From Bugula neritina (Eukaryota; Animalia; Bryozoa): DNA of 64,000 nucleotides. The notes beneath the pieces are model-generated. The model had not been told where the DNA came from. It searched no databases and saw only the letters and a list, made by a program, of their open reading frames with translations. Positions 10,851 to 25,300 of the stretch are shown one piece after another; positions within the stretch are counted from its first letter, which is position 1; the number at the start of each line of letters is the position of its first letter. Where the stretch lies: positions 22,257,504-22,321,503 of the forward strand of contig OZ037765.1 in assembly GCA_964035545.1 (NCBI GenBank), read 5' to 3'. A program made the translations under genes and the position numbers.

Positions 10851-13800
10851 TGCTGTCTTGTCTATGACTGTAACCACTCAAATGGTGTCCTTACAAATAA
10901 ATCACTGCCTTTATATTTTATTCATCATATTTGTACATACAATTACAGTCTTGGATTTGCTAGTGTAGAGAAAAGACTTGCTATAATAAAAAATGTAAAC
11001 ACTCTCTTGGTTGTATGACCCTTGAGGTGATTAGCGTGTGCCATCATTGTGTGCATTGCCATATTTATTTTCAATATCTCTGTAATGTAACGGAAGATGA
11101 ATATCAATTAAGAGAGATGGCTGTGATGGATTTTTTAGAAGCGTGTCATAAATTTAATAAAGCTAATTTTATTCTAACAATGATACAATTAGAATATTGA
11201 TGTATCATAATATAAGATAGAAGTGACTGGTCAGAGTGCCATTAGAATAAGATAATAACAAATGTTGAAAGCTCTTTATGCCAACACTAAGCGTGCCAGT
11301 GCAGTGCCATATCAGTGCAGGTGCATCGATAAAAACTGCTGGAGAGAAATATAAGTTACATTTATAGCTAGCTTCTTTGCTTGAACAATAAAATTAAAAT
11401 AGAGGTCAATGCAAAAATTTACCTTCAATAGGCATTATGAAGTTGTTATATTTTATTTTTGTCTAATAAATAATGCTAAATTTATAAGATATTCTTATAA
11501 TCCATTTCTGCATTGGCTGAAACAGTTCTTAGTAATATACAGCCGTTTGGTATCACATGACATAATATTATTTTATTTTGCAGTAATTTAATTTTTATTA
11601 CCCAAGTCTAACAGTAGCTAGTTTATTTCATTAATCTAATATTATAACCATGTTGCATTCCCACTCTACTTTTTATTTGGTATATTTTGGCAGATTGCAG
11701 TAAATCAGCGAATATACAAAACACTTGCGATTATTGAGCTGTTTTATAAATAATGTATAAGTCTTGAGGTATAATTGTGCTTGGCTGGAATCAAATACTC
11801 AACAAATAACGATGAACTTCAATTATAAACGCATTATCGCTGATAACAGACCTAATGAAAGCTCCATTATGCAAATAAAATGATTAATAATTATGATATT
11901 TTATTCATATTTCTTTGGTGGCTAAGTGAATATTATTGATTAAGTTTCTATCTTATACTGACTTTCATCATTTGGTTTGCAATTAGAAAAAAAAAACAAA
12001 TGGGAAGTAGAAAAACTTGGAGCCACGACAGTAAATAGGGATGACAGAATGACCTGGCCATAAGCTGGTTTGTAAACACATGTTTATAGATAATGCCTCT
12101 CCTAAACTTGAGTGGAAAATTGATCATAGGGCAGACTTACACCACACACCACGAGTATGAGTTCTTTACACAAAAGCACAAGAAAGTAATGTTCTTAAAT
12201 ATTTAATTACTTGATATTCAATATTAAGTGGGCATAAGATGTTCCACCTGCCATTAATACTGTGAGTTCAAAGATATGTTCTTGTTCATTATCACTCATT
12301 GTATATAGTTTACAGGTGATGTTTGACATTGTTAAACAACAGCTTTAGTCATTTATCCTAAACTTAATGCACCAATTCAACAAAAATTTATAAGTTTACG
12401 AGATAAAAATAGACTGAATTTCAGCTATACTTTTAGCTACTTTCTAAACTTTTTTTATTGCAAAATGAGATAATATTTTTGTTTGCTGAATTTAGATAGC
12501 TAATTAAAAAATAGTTATTACTAACTAATTGCATTCATAAAAAGTATTTGCATTTTTTATCCATTCTCTCAGAACAATAATTAAGACTTGAGAAAAAATT
12601 ACATAAGGAGAGAGAGCAGAGTTCAGAGTTCAGAGCATTACTGGTTGCCTTTTCTATTATGCTGCTCAAGGTTTAATTTACTGTATAATAATTGAACTTC
12701 AAAAATAGCAATTTCAAAGTTATGTGTTTTAATTTGAACTTTCGGTAAATAGCTCTCAGATGTTCTTAAATATTCTGAACTGTATAGAACTTAGACTTGG
12801 GGCTTACAATTCCATTTGGAACCAAGTCTTATTGATAAGAGTACAAAGATTTCAGTATAGTGTGGAGACTATTCTTATCATGTAACTCCATTCGTACTAT
12901 AATCATGAAACTGTTATATTGTATTGTTAGATGTCCTCTTTTCTTCATAAAGATAATATAAAAAATGAAATTGCTCCAGATTTTACTGTCTGGAATTAAA
13001 GATCTTTACCATTCAGTAGAATTTAATTCATATAATATTTAGTTACTTCTAGTTACCCCCCCCCTCCTAAATTAAAAATATTTACAAAATGTATGAACAA
13101 TAATAAATAATATGTTCTATGGCAACATAGTATATATAATAAGGTTGCCTTTGTATATGTTGAAGTAAGCATGCCTTGTAGCTGATGGATCTATAAAAGT
13201 AAAGTCGAATTCTATTCTATAAGCTGAGATCTGTCCTGTGAGTAGTGTCTGCTCCTAACTACAAACATGATGTCATGATTCGCCAACACTATGACTTCCT
13301 GTTGCCAACAGCTAAGAAAATGTTGCAATAATCAAGTAATATGAAACATTGAATTATGTGTATGACGGAAATACTGATTTGTAGCAAGCTCAGTTAAACA
13401 TTTTTCATATTCAAACTAAATCAAAATAAACCAGGAAATCCTTAGTAAAATATAAAATCAAGCCATGAAGTTATAAATGGTAAAATTAGGTTTTATAAGT
13501 TAACCTTAAAATACTGTCAATGAAAGATGATATACTTAAATACTCGCAAAAGTATTTAAAAATTGTTGGGATAAAATAGTATTTTAAAGCCATTTTATAA
13601 GCATTATATAGTACTTGTTTATTAATTTTACAGGAAACTTTACTTTTGAGGTTATAAAACTCTAGCTAAAGACATATTTTATAATTTGAGCAAAAGAAGG
13701 TTGTTTTTTTCTGCACCAGTAATCTAAAATGACATTTATTTTTTATTCTCTTGTAAAAGCTAGTTGAAAGTTTACCTAAGGTTAGGCTGTTTAATTATGT

Positions 13801-14699
13801 GTATACACACAGATCTACTTCTAATTTAGACTTAAATTTTGGTTTAGTTTTTATGTTTTTTAATTTGCTATATGCACAGATAACTTTTCACATTACAGAC
13901 ATAAATACTGTAGTCTTGTGTTTTCTTTTTATGTTTGAAACTTTATTAACACGTAAGCATGTACCACAAAAACAGATTGAGTAAAACAAACGTCATAAAC
14001 TTGAGAAACGTATCAGTGGCTGTGTAATACAGTATAAAAATACACTGTTAAAATTGAAATCCACTACAAAACACATTGAGGTATATATGCGTGCGTGCTC
14101 GAGTGTGTGCGTTATCACAATTTTAGCATATATCTAGCAGATGACTGTTTGGTATATAAACAACTCAACTCAACAAATTAATATTTTTAGTGACCTAAAA
14201 TTACCCTTATTATATAATAAATATGCATTGCATTGTTTACATAATTTTGTGTCGATATGCTAGAATGGTTGTATTTTGGATTGGATTGTGAAATTTGGTT
14301 GACAATAGCTGTGGAGTGAAATGAGTTGTCTCCTCATGTTTTCATTTCTCCTAATTGAAACTTATAGCATATAATATGCAGCTGTTTAGTTACTTATACT
14401 AAAATTTTCATTTGCAAAAGTATGGTTTCTATAACATAACATGCAGCCTTCATTTTAAGCTGTTATTCCGTTTTATTGCTATACGATTATTTGTGTATTA
14501 AAACAAAGGCCTAAAGCACAAGTATATGCATTCTAACAAACACCTAGTGTTGTTTGGTCCAGGGGATAAGTTATTTGACACTTTTAGTAATGATACACAA
14601 TTAGACATAAACAGAATAATTCATTATCACTAAATAGAGGTAAACGTATTAATAACGCTGATCAACATCACTGGAAAGAAAAATTTTTATTCAAATGTA

Positions 14700-14780
14700 A
14701 CGGAGTTGTTGCTACTATATAAAAAAACGGAAGTTGTAAGGCGGAGCTTATTTTGTCAACAAACATTAGAAACTGGCAAT
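14700..14780 (+). promoter_or_regulatory. Candidate promoter of the CCPG1-like gene
   Basis: ETS-type ACGGAAGT at 14727-14734, local CpG, ~1.6 kb upstream of the first coding exon. Confidence 0.4.
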
Positions 14781-14959
14781 GCTGAATTATCAGAATCGGT
14801 TAATCAGCAATCAGTAACTTTTGGTTTTCCCACATTTTATAGAATTGCATCAGCATGTTCTTTGTCAGTTTATGAAAACACTAACTTAGTGATAAGATAA
14901 CAAGTATCAGTTTAGACTGACGTGTCATTACACTTAATCTTCTTGCAAAAGAGTAGCAT

Positions 14960-15540
14960 TTGCTCTAACTCTGACTCTCACACTCAGTAATCGTGAGACT
15001 CAAACTGAGTGTCAACTCGCACGGTGACTGTCATTTTGACTGTGACTGTGAGTGTCACTAACTTTGTCGGTGCCTGAAAGTGAATTGGAGTCATTTGTTG
15101 ACGGTTTGCTTCATCACTAATACTATAAGTAAAGTCTTATAGTTATTGCCTATTGCCATTGGACTTGGAAATTGTTTTTTTAATTATTATTCCAATTTAA
15201 AATGACTTTCTGCTCTAGAAAAAAGTTGTGAAGCACATTAAAATTGAAATTCATTATTATAGTTGTATTTATTGTAAATATAATTAATCTATTATATATT
15301 AATATAAAATTTCAATTTATTTTGTTTTACTATTTATATATGATTATTATATAATGCATTTTTAATTTTATTATTTATAATTAAATTTAGTGCCAAGTCA
15401 AATACCATAGTACTAGTACTGATAGTCCATGGTAATGACGGACACTAAAAATGTAAGCCTGAATAATAGTAAATGTTTCTGAAGTTCAAGTTGAAGTAAT
15501 AGTGCTCACTTCCGCTGGTGTCACTTACTGTCATTCAAAG
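14960..15540. repeat. (NNN-TNA)n hexamer-periodic patches
   Basis: TAActcTGActcTCAcacTCA; TGAgacTCAaacTGAgtgTCA; TGActgTCAtttTGActgTGActgTGAgtgTCA (14966-15057); TCAagtTGAag (~15486). Confidence 0.75.
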
Positions 15541-16379
15541 GTAGATGCAGCCTAACCACACATTCAATTTTAGGTCTTTCTTCATTTATGCTTTAATCTT
15601 AACTATTATAGCCATTTAAACCTAAGTTACTTAGTTGGGGTGCTATCGTAACTAACTCTTTAATTAGATTATGAAATAATTTTGATCTATCATATGCAAT
15701 TTAATAATTGATAATTTAGTTAAAGTTATCAATCTCATAATAAGCATTAGGTTGAACTTTTATAGTTTTATGCAAAATATGTTGTTTTTTTAATTAAAGT
15801 AGCTACACATAATAGTCATGGCCAGTTTTTACTTTCTAACAATAGAATAATGTTCTCTATCTTTTCTGCTAAGCTACTCAAGTCATAAAGTCTATATAGT
15901 TTATTTTACTTTTTTTAATATGGGACAATCTTGTTTCTTTTTAAGGTATATATTTTTGATAGACATTGAATTTGTCTGCAATGCAAACTCATAGGTTTTT
16001 TTTATAATAGTAGCATGCTCTGATATTCTAGATTAGGTCACTTCATTTTTAATTTAGGCTTCATTCCAGGGTCACAATAAAGGTGTGAAGCTTTGTTAGC
16101 ACTGTATTCGACTAGTTATCTAACCAATGATGGTTTTTTAGTTACTATTTATTTATTTTCCAATTAATTAATTGAAATTTATTTACTTATCAATGAAATT
16201 GTAACCTACATGTGGTTTAGTTTGAAAAACTTTAGTTTAAAAACCAGAGTGACTAATGCAACTATTGCTGCCTTTTTAGTTGGTGTAAAAGAATAAAAAT
16301 AGTCAGCTGCATGGTTATAAAATATTACCATAAGATAAACACACTAGTATTTTGTGTATCTCTAACTGCAGAAATCAGT

Positions 16380-19300
16380 ATGTCCTCGCCAGATGGCTCG
16401 GTGGTTGATGGACCATCTCCAGAGGGTGCGGCTAATGATCTATCACAGTCTACCAGTGGAGTCAGTGAATCGTCTCTGCAGAGTAGTGTGGATCAAACAA
16501 ATCTGCAGAGTGACCTTATCAGTAGCCAGACATCAAGTTGTGGAAATCTAACTGACAGTTGGAATGAGGTCAGCCTGTCTCAGGTTGGCAGCATAGAAGC
16601 AGGGACAGATACTCCCATGACTGGCTCCAGTTGCGAGTTTGTCCAAGTATTATCTGCATCTCTGGACTCTGATTTGGAAGGTTGTATTATTACTATGTAC
16701 ATAATGCTGTCTAATATTCGTTTTTTTTCACTAAATTCATTGACTCACTGGAAAGTTCATCTATATAATCATGTCATTTAAAAGCATCAACTCTTCAAAA
16801 GATATGCCTCTGTCATATTTGATAGTTGTTTTCGCATAAAATCGTTGTGCATGCGTGTGTGTTGTTAAATTGCTAATACTTATAAAGAAATTTGTAAAGT
16901 TATCTACTAACAGTTCTTGCAACCGTGTCTGTCCATCTATTTTGTGTAAATGATACAGGTACTAATTATTCTTTTTAAGATCAAATTGCTTATAGTGTCA
17001 ACATAATTATTGGCTTATTGAAATACGTTGTACTTTTTAAAATTTTAAATATGATACATGAATTTAATGTCTTATTGTGTGTCAGTAAGTATTTAATTCA
17101 ATTTCTTGGCAACTATTAAAAAAATGTTATTAGAAAAATAGTTACATAATAAAAGATTTTAATATATAGAATTTTTGCTTGAATTGAACATTTGGCTACT
17201 GATTAGGACATTTGTTTGTGTCTTATTATTAAACAACTATAAATTTTCTTATAGAGTCCGGCCCTTTGAAAAAGTTAGCTATAGATTCGGACACAAGTGA
17301 CGATGAAACAACTATCAATCTAAATGGCAGTGCAGTCGAAAGTATTAGTAAAGATGAGGATAAAGATGAGGAACTAAGAAATTTGATGGAGAAACTGTAA
17401 GCTGATAAGAAAGACTTTTTTCTCTACCTGGTCTTTTTGCTTTCAAATTCTATGTGTAGCTTCTGAGTTTGTTTGCATTGCAGTTGACAATTCTACTCTT
17501 TGTAGAATAGTAAACTGGCAGCCTCATAACATTTTACTTTTAAATATAATACTTAGAAACTGAATAGACTTGAAATATTGAGAATATTGTTTCAATATTT
17601 TAAAATTCTGATTATTGTCAACTTTATTCAACATACCCATGAACAGAAAATTCAGTTTTAGTATAAAATGTTTTAAACAAAATTTTACTGTCTTTATTTG
17701 TATCTGCTTTTGTATCAGTACAGGTAATGAAATAATTCACAATATAATAATATAATTTACAATATAATAATATAATAATAATGTTTATTTTGTTTTTTTT
17801 AGACAAGAGAGGGTAAAATCAGGATCTCCTAGCCATAGTGGTAAGTTGAATATAGAGTATGCTAACTGCAAACTATCACCTACCATGTTGACTATGTTGA
17901 GAGTTTTCCTATCTATTCTGTAACATCACAATATTCTACACTGTAGCCAATAACTGTTGATAAGCAAACTGTATGTTTAGGTGGATTTGCAGGTAAAAAC
18001 ATTCATATGTTGCTTTGCTTAGCTTCCTCTCACTACACTTGCATCTAGAGTTAGTATTACAGATGGCCACACACAGAGTGGGGAAATTAAACATGTTGAA
18101 GTTATACATTTTTATTTCAATTGATCAAACTATTGCAGCTGCTATATGTAGTGTGGTGTTGTGATTACTAGTTCTACCTTTCGCTACTGGATTATTTGCA
18201 TATCAAGATATTAACATATCTAAAATATGGATAACAACAAAGTTGCATTATGATCTGATAACCTGATGTACTGTAAACAAAAAGTAAAATAGATAATTAG
18301 ATATTTACGGGCTTTCCATGTATTGATCTCAGATCGATCTCGCTGAGATCGATCTGAGAGATTGATCGTTTTTCCATGAAAGCGTCAGATCGATCTTGTG
18401 TAGTTGCCTCCTCTTAAGTGAATACAGTTTTTAAGGATAATTTTTCACCCACTTGGGCGATTAAAGCTACTTTGATTAAAAAAACAAGATCGTTGCAGTC
18501 TAAAAATTAATGCCAGCTATAAACTATGTGTGGCAAATCTTTTAGCGTGAAGTAATTTGACCAATTTATGATAATCAATTTTAATTTTTTAGCTTGACAG
18601 CTTATATAAAATTAATAGCTGTCTTGCAGATTATTCACAAACTTACAGGATTGTTAGGCTTGAAATTACGCAGCAAATAGCTAATGAAAGTAAGTTTTAC
18701 TAGCCATTTAAATTCAATTTAAATGCTCCTATTTTTGTACCTTCTACCGTCTATAATTTTATATAATTGAGTTTTTTTTTTAATCATAGTACTGAAAGTC
18801 AAAGTTTTAGCATCTGAAAATGTGGCTATGGTAATTATTAAGTAATTTGCTTAGTAATTAACAATGAGTTATCATTTTTATTAGCTGACGGCATTTTAGC
18901 GAACAGTCTTTTTCTACTTATCAGATCGATGTTTCATTTTTCCATGGTCTTATTACCTTGAGATCGATCTGAGTTCGAGCTCTACAGACGACCAGCTCAG
19001 ATCGATCTTTGGCGTCTTTCCATGGATCGATTTAAAGCATTATTATAAGGTTATTATAAGAATTCTGGTTTTAAAACTACCAGTCTGTAGTTAATGCTAT
19101 TAGCTCTAGTATTCTTTATTTTTATATGATTTCTAATGTAAGCAGCAGGTCATATAGTATATTACATATTACTAGAACCCAAGCCTTTTAAAAAGTTATC
19201 TAATTTTGTACCTGCTAGTGCGTGTAACAAGCCGTGTAAAAGTCAAATTATTGCCAGTAATGTGATAGATCGATGTTCATGGAAGGGTTTAGCATGCAGA

Positions 19301-22300
19301 CTACTGAGGTTAATGAAGACTACATTAGTTGTGTTATGAGATCTTAGTGAATAATAATGAATACAAAGCATTCACAACTCAACTTTCTAGTGATTGTATC
19401 CTTATTGTGTCCCAATCATCTGGAATGCTTGCAGATAATGAGGGTTTGTTGTGTCACTTTGTCAACAGTTTCCATTTTTTTCTTTTTGTGAAAAAGCAGA
19501 TCATGAGATGAGCACATTGGAAAGTGGCCTGCCTTGTAGCTATCTGCTTGCATTGCGCCTAATCGATATACAAACATCCACAGTAAATATTTTATGTTGT
19601 ATTCTGCAGCTTTTGCCTGTCCAGCCAAGACCTATTCTTTATCTTGTTTTGCTAGGTATTGTGTTGGGTAGGTGTAAGCACCTGCTAAAACCTGCTAGAA
19701 ATACTGCTTCTGCTACTTTAGTGGGGGGATCTTGTGAAAGTGTATTGCTAGTACACAAATAAATGTATACTGGTTATTAGGCAATAGTATAATGGAAAAC
19801 TGTAGAATATTTGTAAATTTTACACACACATAATGTATTATAAACAAAGTATGAAATGAAAAACATAACCATGTTACTAATTATGCTATTTACTTACTAA
19901 TTTACCATTAGTGATGATGTGTGTTAATATCATAGGTTGTACCTGCTTATTCACGATAAATAATCAACTTGCAGCAGTACATGTAACATAATGTTTTTAC
20001 TGCCTTTAATTAGCTGGCTTAGATTTTCATTCATCCAATAATATTGTTTAGTCTATTCTCAGTGCAAAGTTATATACTCCTGTAGGGTGCAATAAAACAA
20101 ATTTTATTTTGGTTACATTCCAAAATATTTTCAACTCAACATAATTTTTAATTATAGAAAATTACAATTTAAAGTTTAAACCATGAAATACTGGCATGTT
20201 AGCTCATTGTATTTAGGTACCTCACTGCATAGTTGGGAGTTATTTTCTCTCCAAGTAAAGGCCCTTTTTCTTAATGTAAAATGTTGTTTCATTTTATCAT
20301 CAGTGCTTTTCATTGATATCTTCAGAATCAGACTTCATTTGTTTGCCAACTCCAGAGAGGGAAGAGGATGACCTTGACACCTCTACTCACAGCTCTACCA
20401 GATTCAATATAATCGTCAATCCACATCCCCAGTATGATAGTGACGAAGGTATCACATGGCTAATAGAACTATATTCATAGTCCTTCTCTTCTTATATTAT
20501 AATTTTATTTTTGCAATTTAATAGTATTTCATATTATAAACTTGATATTATAATTTATTATTTTGTTATATATAATAATTTAATATAATTTATTGTTACT
20601 CAGCTGGCAAGCATAGTGAAGTAGACTCAAGAGTTAACATTTTGAGTTGATTGTCAGACTGCAAACATGTTGTGTTATGTATGAGTATTAAATGTGCTTT
20701 TAAAGGAGTAACAGCCTATTTAGGTTGAAAAACCCTTACCTAATAGCGGCATATTGCTAAGAATAGAGTGACTTCCTTTATTATGTTTGGAGCTGAGAGA
20801 TTTCTTGTAAGTCTGTTTGTAACTATGGCGTGTGTATCTGGTAGATGACAGAAACGAGGAAGATGAGGGGACACCAGATGCCGATGACAGAGTAGAGTCG
20901 GACATAGTTGTCAACAGGCCTGATCCCGCTGCCGATACTGATGACGAAAATGACGTGGTGCGCCCTGTCCGTCACTACCGCCACTCCCCCAACAGCTCTA
21001 TGAACAGCTTGCTCACTGGGTTGTTGCTCGCAGCTGTAACCTTTGGCATAGGCATTGCTATCGGCCATTCTAAAGGTATGTTGTTAGTACTATGTTAGTT
21101 TGATTATTTCACTCAATACTTATGTAAGAATTAGAGTTGTCTGATCATTTACTTATGTCAGAAGATACTGACAATGATGTCATAGTCAACAGACAACAAG
21201 CAAAATTGATAGTAAATGCAAAATGGTCCACACGGGCAGCATAGATTTACTTCTAAAATTTCAGCAGCATAGTTTCAAATAGATAAATATAAAGAAGATA
21301 ATGAGTATAAATATGATAAGATAAAAAACTGTGAGAGATAGAATGATGCATACAGTATTGCATTTGTATATCTGTATATAGTAATTCTTAGGAGTACCTA
21401 AAATATAAAGTAGGTACTCATTGAGTTTCTGACTATTGAAGATATGCAAAACACGTCTTGTTTTAAATTTAACTCGGGATGAGGGCATGAAAATGTATAA
21501 TCTTATAAATCCTGACTAATAAAATAATTTCCGTTCTTAATGCAATGACTGTCAGTTGAATTTCTACGGTAATGATAGTTCAAGCGTTATAATTAAGATG
21601 TTTTGTAGGAGTTGTCTTTTCCTACCTAATTTAAGTGAAAACCTATTAAAATATCTTCTAGGTGCAAATGTTTAGGACATAAATATAAATATCATTCTTT
21701 AACTTAACATATCACTATCTTATCCAAAGGTCTCCCACCATTTAAATTGACTGATTTTCTTGCATTTTGAAGAGCAAAATACTGCTTTATGTAAAAATAA
21801 TAAAATAGCTAAAGTTGAACTAAATGAATATGTTTAGTAACATGGCAAAAGTAAACTGCAAACTTTTTTGCAGAAACAATCTTTTAAAATTATTTAAAAT
21901 GGAATTTTTTTCTGATGATTTCTAACAACTACTATATACATTCAGGATCTGCAAGAGAGGCTCAGCTACAGCAAGAAATACAACAAGGGCAGAAATTGAG
22001 GCTAAAAGCAATTCAAGATGACTTGCTGATGTGTTTAAGAAAACAAGAAGATATTGATCAAACCATCACAAAGTTGAATGAGGTTGGTACATCACTTTTG
22101 TGATAAGATGATGACTTTGGTCACATCCTTTTAATTTGAAATCTATGGCCAAATTTTATTTAAGAAGCTGTAGGTGGTTTTAAATAAGATCATTTTATAA
22201 TTTATACAATGATATACAATTTTTGCAACTAACTTGCAAGGGTGTCTCAGATCTGTAGTCAGGAGTTTAGTTAGTGAATCTGTACCTATAGAAGATTAGT

Positions 22301-25300
22301 GTTGTATTGTCAACACGTTTACATAACCCTATACTCTGATGTTTTAGGGCTGCGCCAATTCGGTTTCCTATAAACCTTCACCGGTAATTAATATACAACT
22401 TTTCACATGTCTTAGAGATTTGTTCCCCCCTGTTAGGGTTATTGTCCGTATCTAATGTTTCCCTTGTTGACTGAATCTTAAAGTGTTCAGAACTGAGATT
22501 GTTTCAATTAAGTGTTTTTATTCCCTTAGTTTTGTTTTCCCTTCTGGGATGTGATTTTAATGAGTGACAGTTTTCTGCTTGAAAATTCCCGAATTTAAAA
22601 CATTTTGTGGCAAGTTTGACAGTTTTGTTAACACCTGTCTGATTCGTTTGGGTGACCCTTGTATGGCAGCATGGAGTCTACTAGTTGTCTGAATTTATCA
22701 CACCAATCTCTCATAGCATAGAAATTTGTATTTTTTTAAAAATAATACTGTCTTGTTAACAAAATCCTATAATAAAAACTCACAAATGGTTGTTAGATTA
22801 GTTCTAATATGTGTAACAAAATAAAAAACTTATGATTTAGTCTCTAAAATTTATAGCTATATAGGTTGATTGACTTTTAAATTTGATTTTTGCATAATTT
22901 TAATTTTCCTAACTAATTATTACATTGTGTATGGCAATAAAACTTTATCATTGCTCTTGATTTATGTGAATTTATAGGTTTTATCTAGTGAGGTATTGGA
23001 TTATAGCTGCAAACAATATCACAAAGTGATAGACTAATTAGGTTAAGAAGTAAACTGATCTTATAAATGGCAGTTGTGTTCTAAGAATCTATACAAAAGT
23101 TTTTGTTGATGTTTTTCATTGTGAAACAACAGTGTGCAGAAATTGCGGGATTAAAATCTGTGTCCACATTGATATTTCCTAGAAAAGTATGGCAGTTTTT
23201 ACTCAGGGCTGTTTTTAGCTAAACAGATACATTTTGCACACACATTATTGTTAATGTGAGTAATGTATTATTATACAAATTTGCCACTCGATTCCTATTG
23301 GTTACACAATTTTGTTCAACCATTGAAGTCTAGACGAACCTTTATTTTATTATTGCTGTTTTTTAGTTTATTAATTTATTTTTTGTAAATAATTTCATGA
23401 TACTGAGGCCTCAACAGGTAGTCTTTTCAGTCTCATAAAGTTTTTTTAAAAAGATGAATACATAAATTAAATGCCTAAGTATAATACTTATTTTTAGTCT
23501 CACATGAAAACAGCAGAGTCATAACAAAGTATGACATTAATAAGGCAAATTTATATGAATCTAAGATAATAATTCTTCTGGTTGTTAATTAAACATGTAA
23601 ATCAAACCATACTATTTTCTAATATTTAGCTGATATATGTAAAATAAGTCTGCTACAGTTTAGTGAGATAGTTGTGGAAAATATATGTTTGAGATGTTGT
23701 TCTCAATGTATTAGAAGATTTAAAGGTTTATTAGTATAATTTATGTGCTCAGATAGAGACTATCCTGGTGGATGCTGAACATTGGAGAAATGAATACGAA
23801 GAGCTGCTCAATATCAAACTTCAAGTATGGTCTTTATTTATTAGGATATTTTTTAACAATCATATTTTCTCAACTTTATTTGAAGTTTCAATCTAACATG
23901 CTTGTCATTCTATCTATTAAATTGCTGTGTAGGATTTGAGTAAATATGTGTGGAGTAATTCTTTAGTGCAAGCAATAGAACATGATGTGATGCTGTAGTA
24001 CAACTACAATAGACTACAATATTTTTTGTGATAAGAGATATTGTTATGTCTAATATATCAACGTTTTCTAAAACAAGATTCTTGTGAAATGGTATTAAAA
24101 TACGAAGAGAATGTTGCCGCACTGTTTGTTTAATTTCCCGAGTAATATTTCTTGTCAGATCCTGCTAGTTATATCTCACATTTACTAGAATGAAGAGAAA
24201 TGGAGACAGGAAAGAATGGATCTGAAGTCAACTCTGATAGAAGTAGAGAAGTCATACGATAGGCTGGTGCAGAGCAGATCCTGTGCCCATGACAGCGAGT
24301 TTCTGTCTCGTCAGGAAAACACGCTTCAAGCTGTTCATGAGAAACTGGAGGCCAGTCTATCTGGCAAGGATAAGCATATAGAGAGATTGCAAACAGAGGT
24401 ACCTGTAGTATATCGAGTGGCTGTTGGCAAAGGTGTTTATACGTGGAAGGGTGGAGGCGTAATGTTCACCGGCTATTGACTGTTGTAGATTTCAGATGTA
24501 AAGATAAAGTTAAGCACAGCGGAGAAAATGGTAGATGGGTACAAAAAGTCTAATGAAAACAAAAATTTGCTTATCCTAAACCTTAGGGAACAGGTTTTAG
24601 AGTTGGAAAGAAAAGTGAGGTTTTATGTTTGTTTGTTATTAATGTTTTACTTTTTCAAGTTTCTTCCAAACCACTATCATCTATCAACAAACAATAAATG
24701 AATTTGTATTGAAATTGTAGGTTTTCGATATGAAGATAAATTCATCTGCAGTTGATTCTAGTTCTAGTGAAGATTTGGAGTCGTCTGCAACCAGTAGTGG
24801 AGATAGTGAGCAGGTGAATAATATGTTTATTGACTGACTGAGGGACTCAAGAGCTGTGCTCATTTACATTCCTAATACTTTAATAAATCTTTATGTTTCT
24901 GAACCGCACACACGAGCAAACACGGCTGTGTATATATTGCTATTTTACAGCCTGCTGCCGAGGTCAAGGGGTCATTAAAAGAGCCAATGAAAGGTCACAG
25001 TGAGCACGCAGATCTTACAGCTCAACTTAGTCAATGCCAGGCTCAGCTCACAAGTTTACAGGCTGTTCTGGTGGGTAGCCATTGGCAGGTCATACTAAGA
25101 GAAGTTCAACTCACTTTGTGATGGCATTACTCGTACTGTTGTGCTTTCATGTTTTTTACATATTCAGTAATTGAAACTTTTTAGATAATCTTTGCATAAC
25201 TATGTATAGTAGAAATTCGCAATTTTTAGGCTCAATATTTTAATTTAAGATAGTTGTCTTCTCGTTTAATGATGTGCTTTGTGAGTTTGTAAATACATCC

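Noticed and set aside
19329-19762. Intronic ORFs in the CCPG1-like gene as extra exons
   Set aside because: Flanking exons 17840 and 20326 already join in phase; peptides look like random AT-rich translation.
22433-22660. hAT-Blackjack-like MITE (tagggtt... / ggtgaccct)
   Set aside because: TIR match too weak and no TSD visible.
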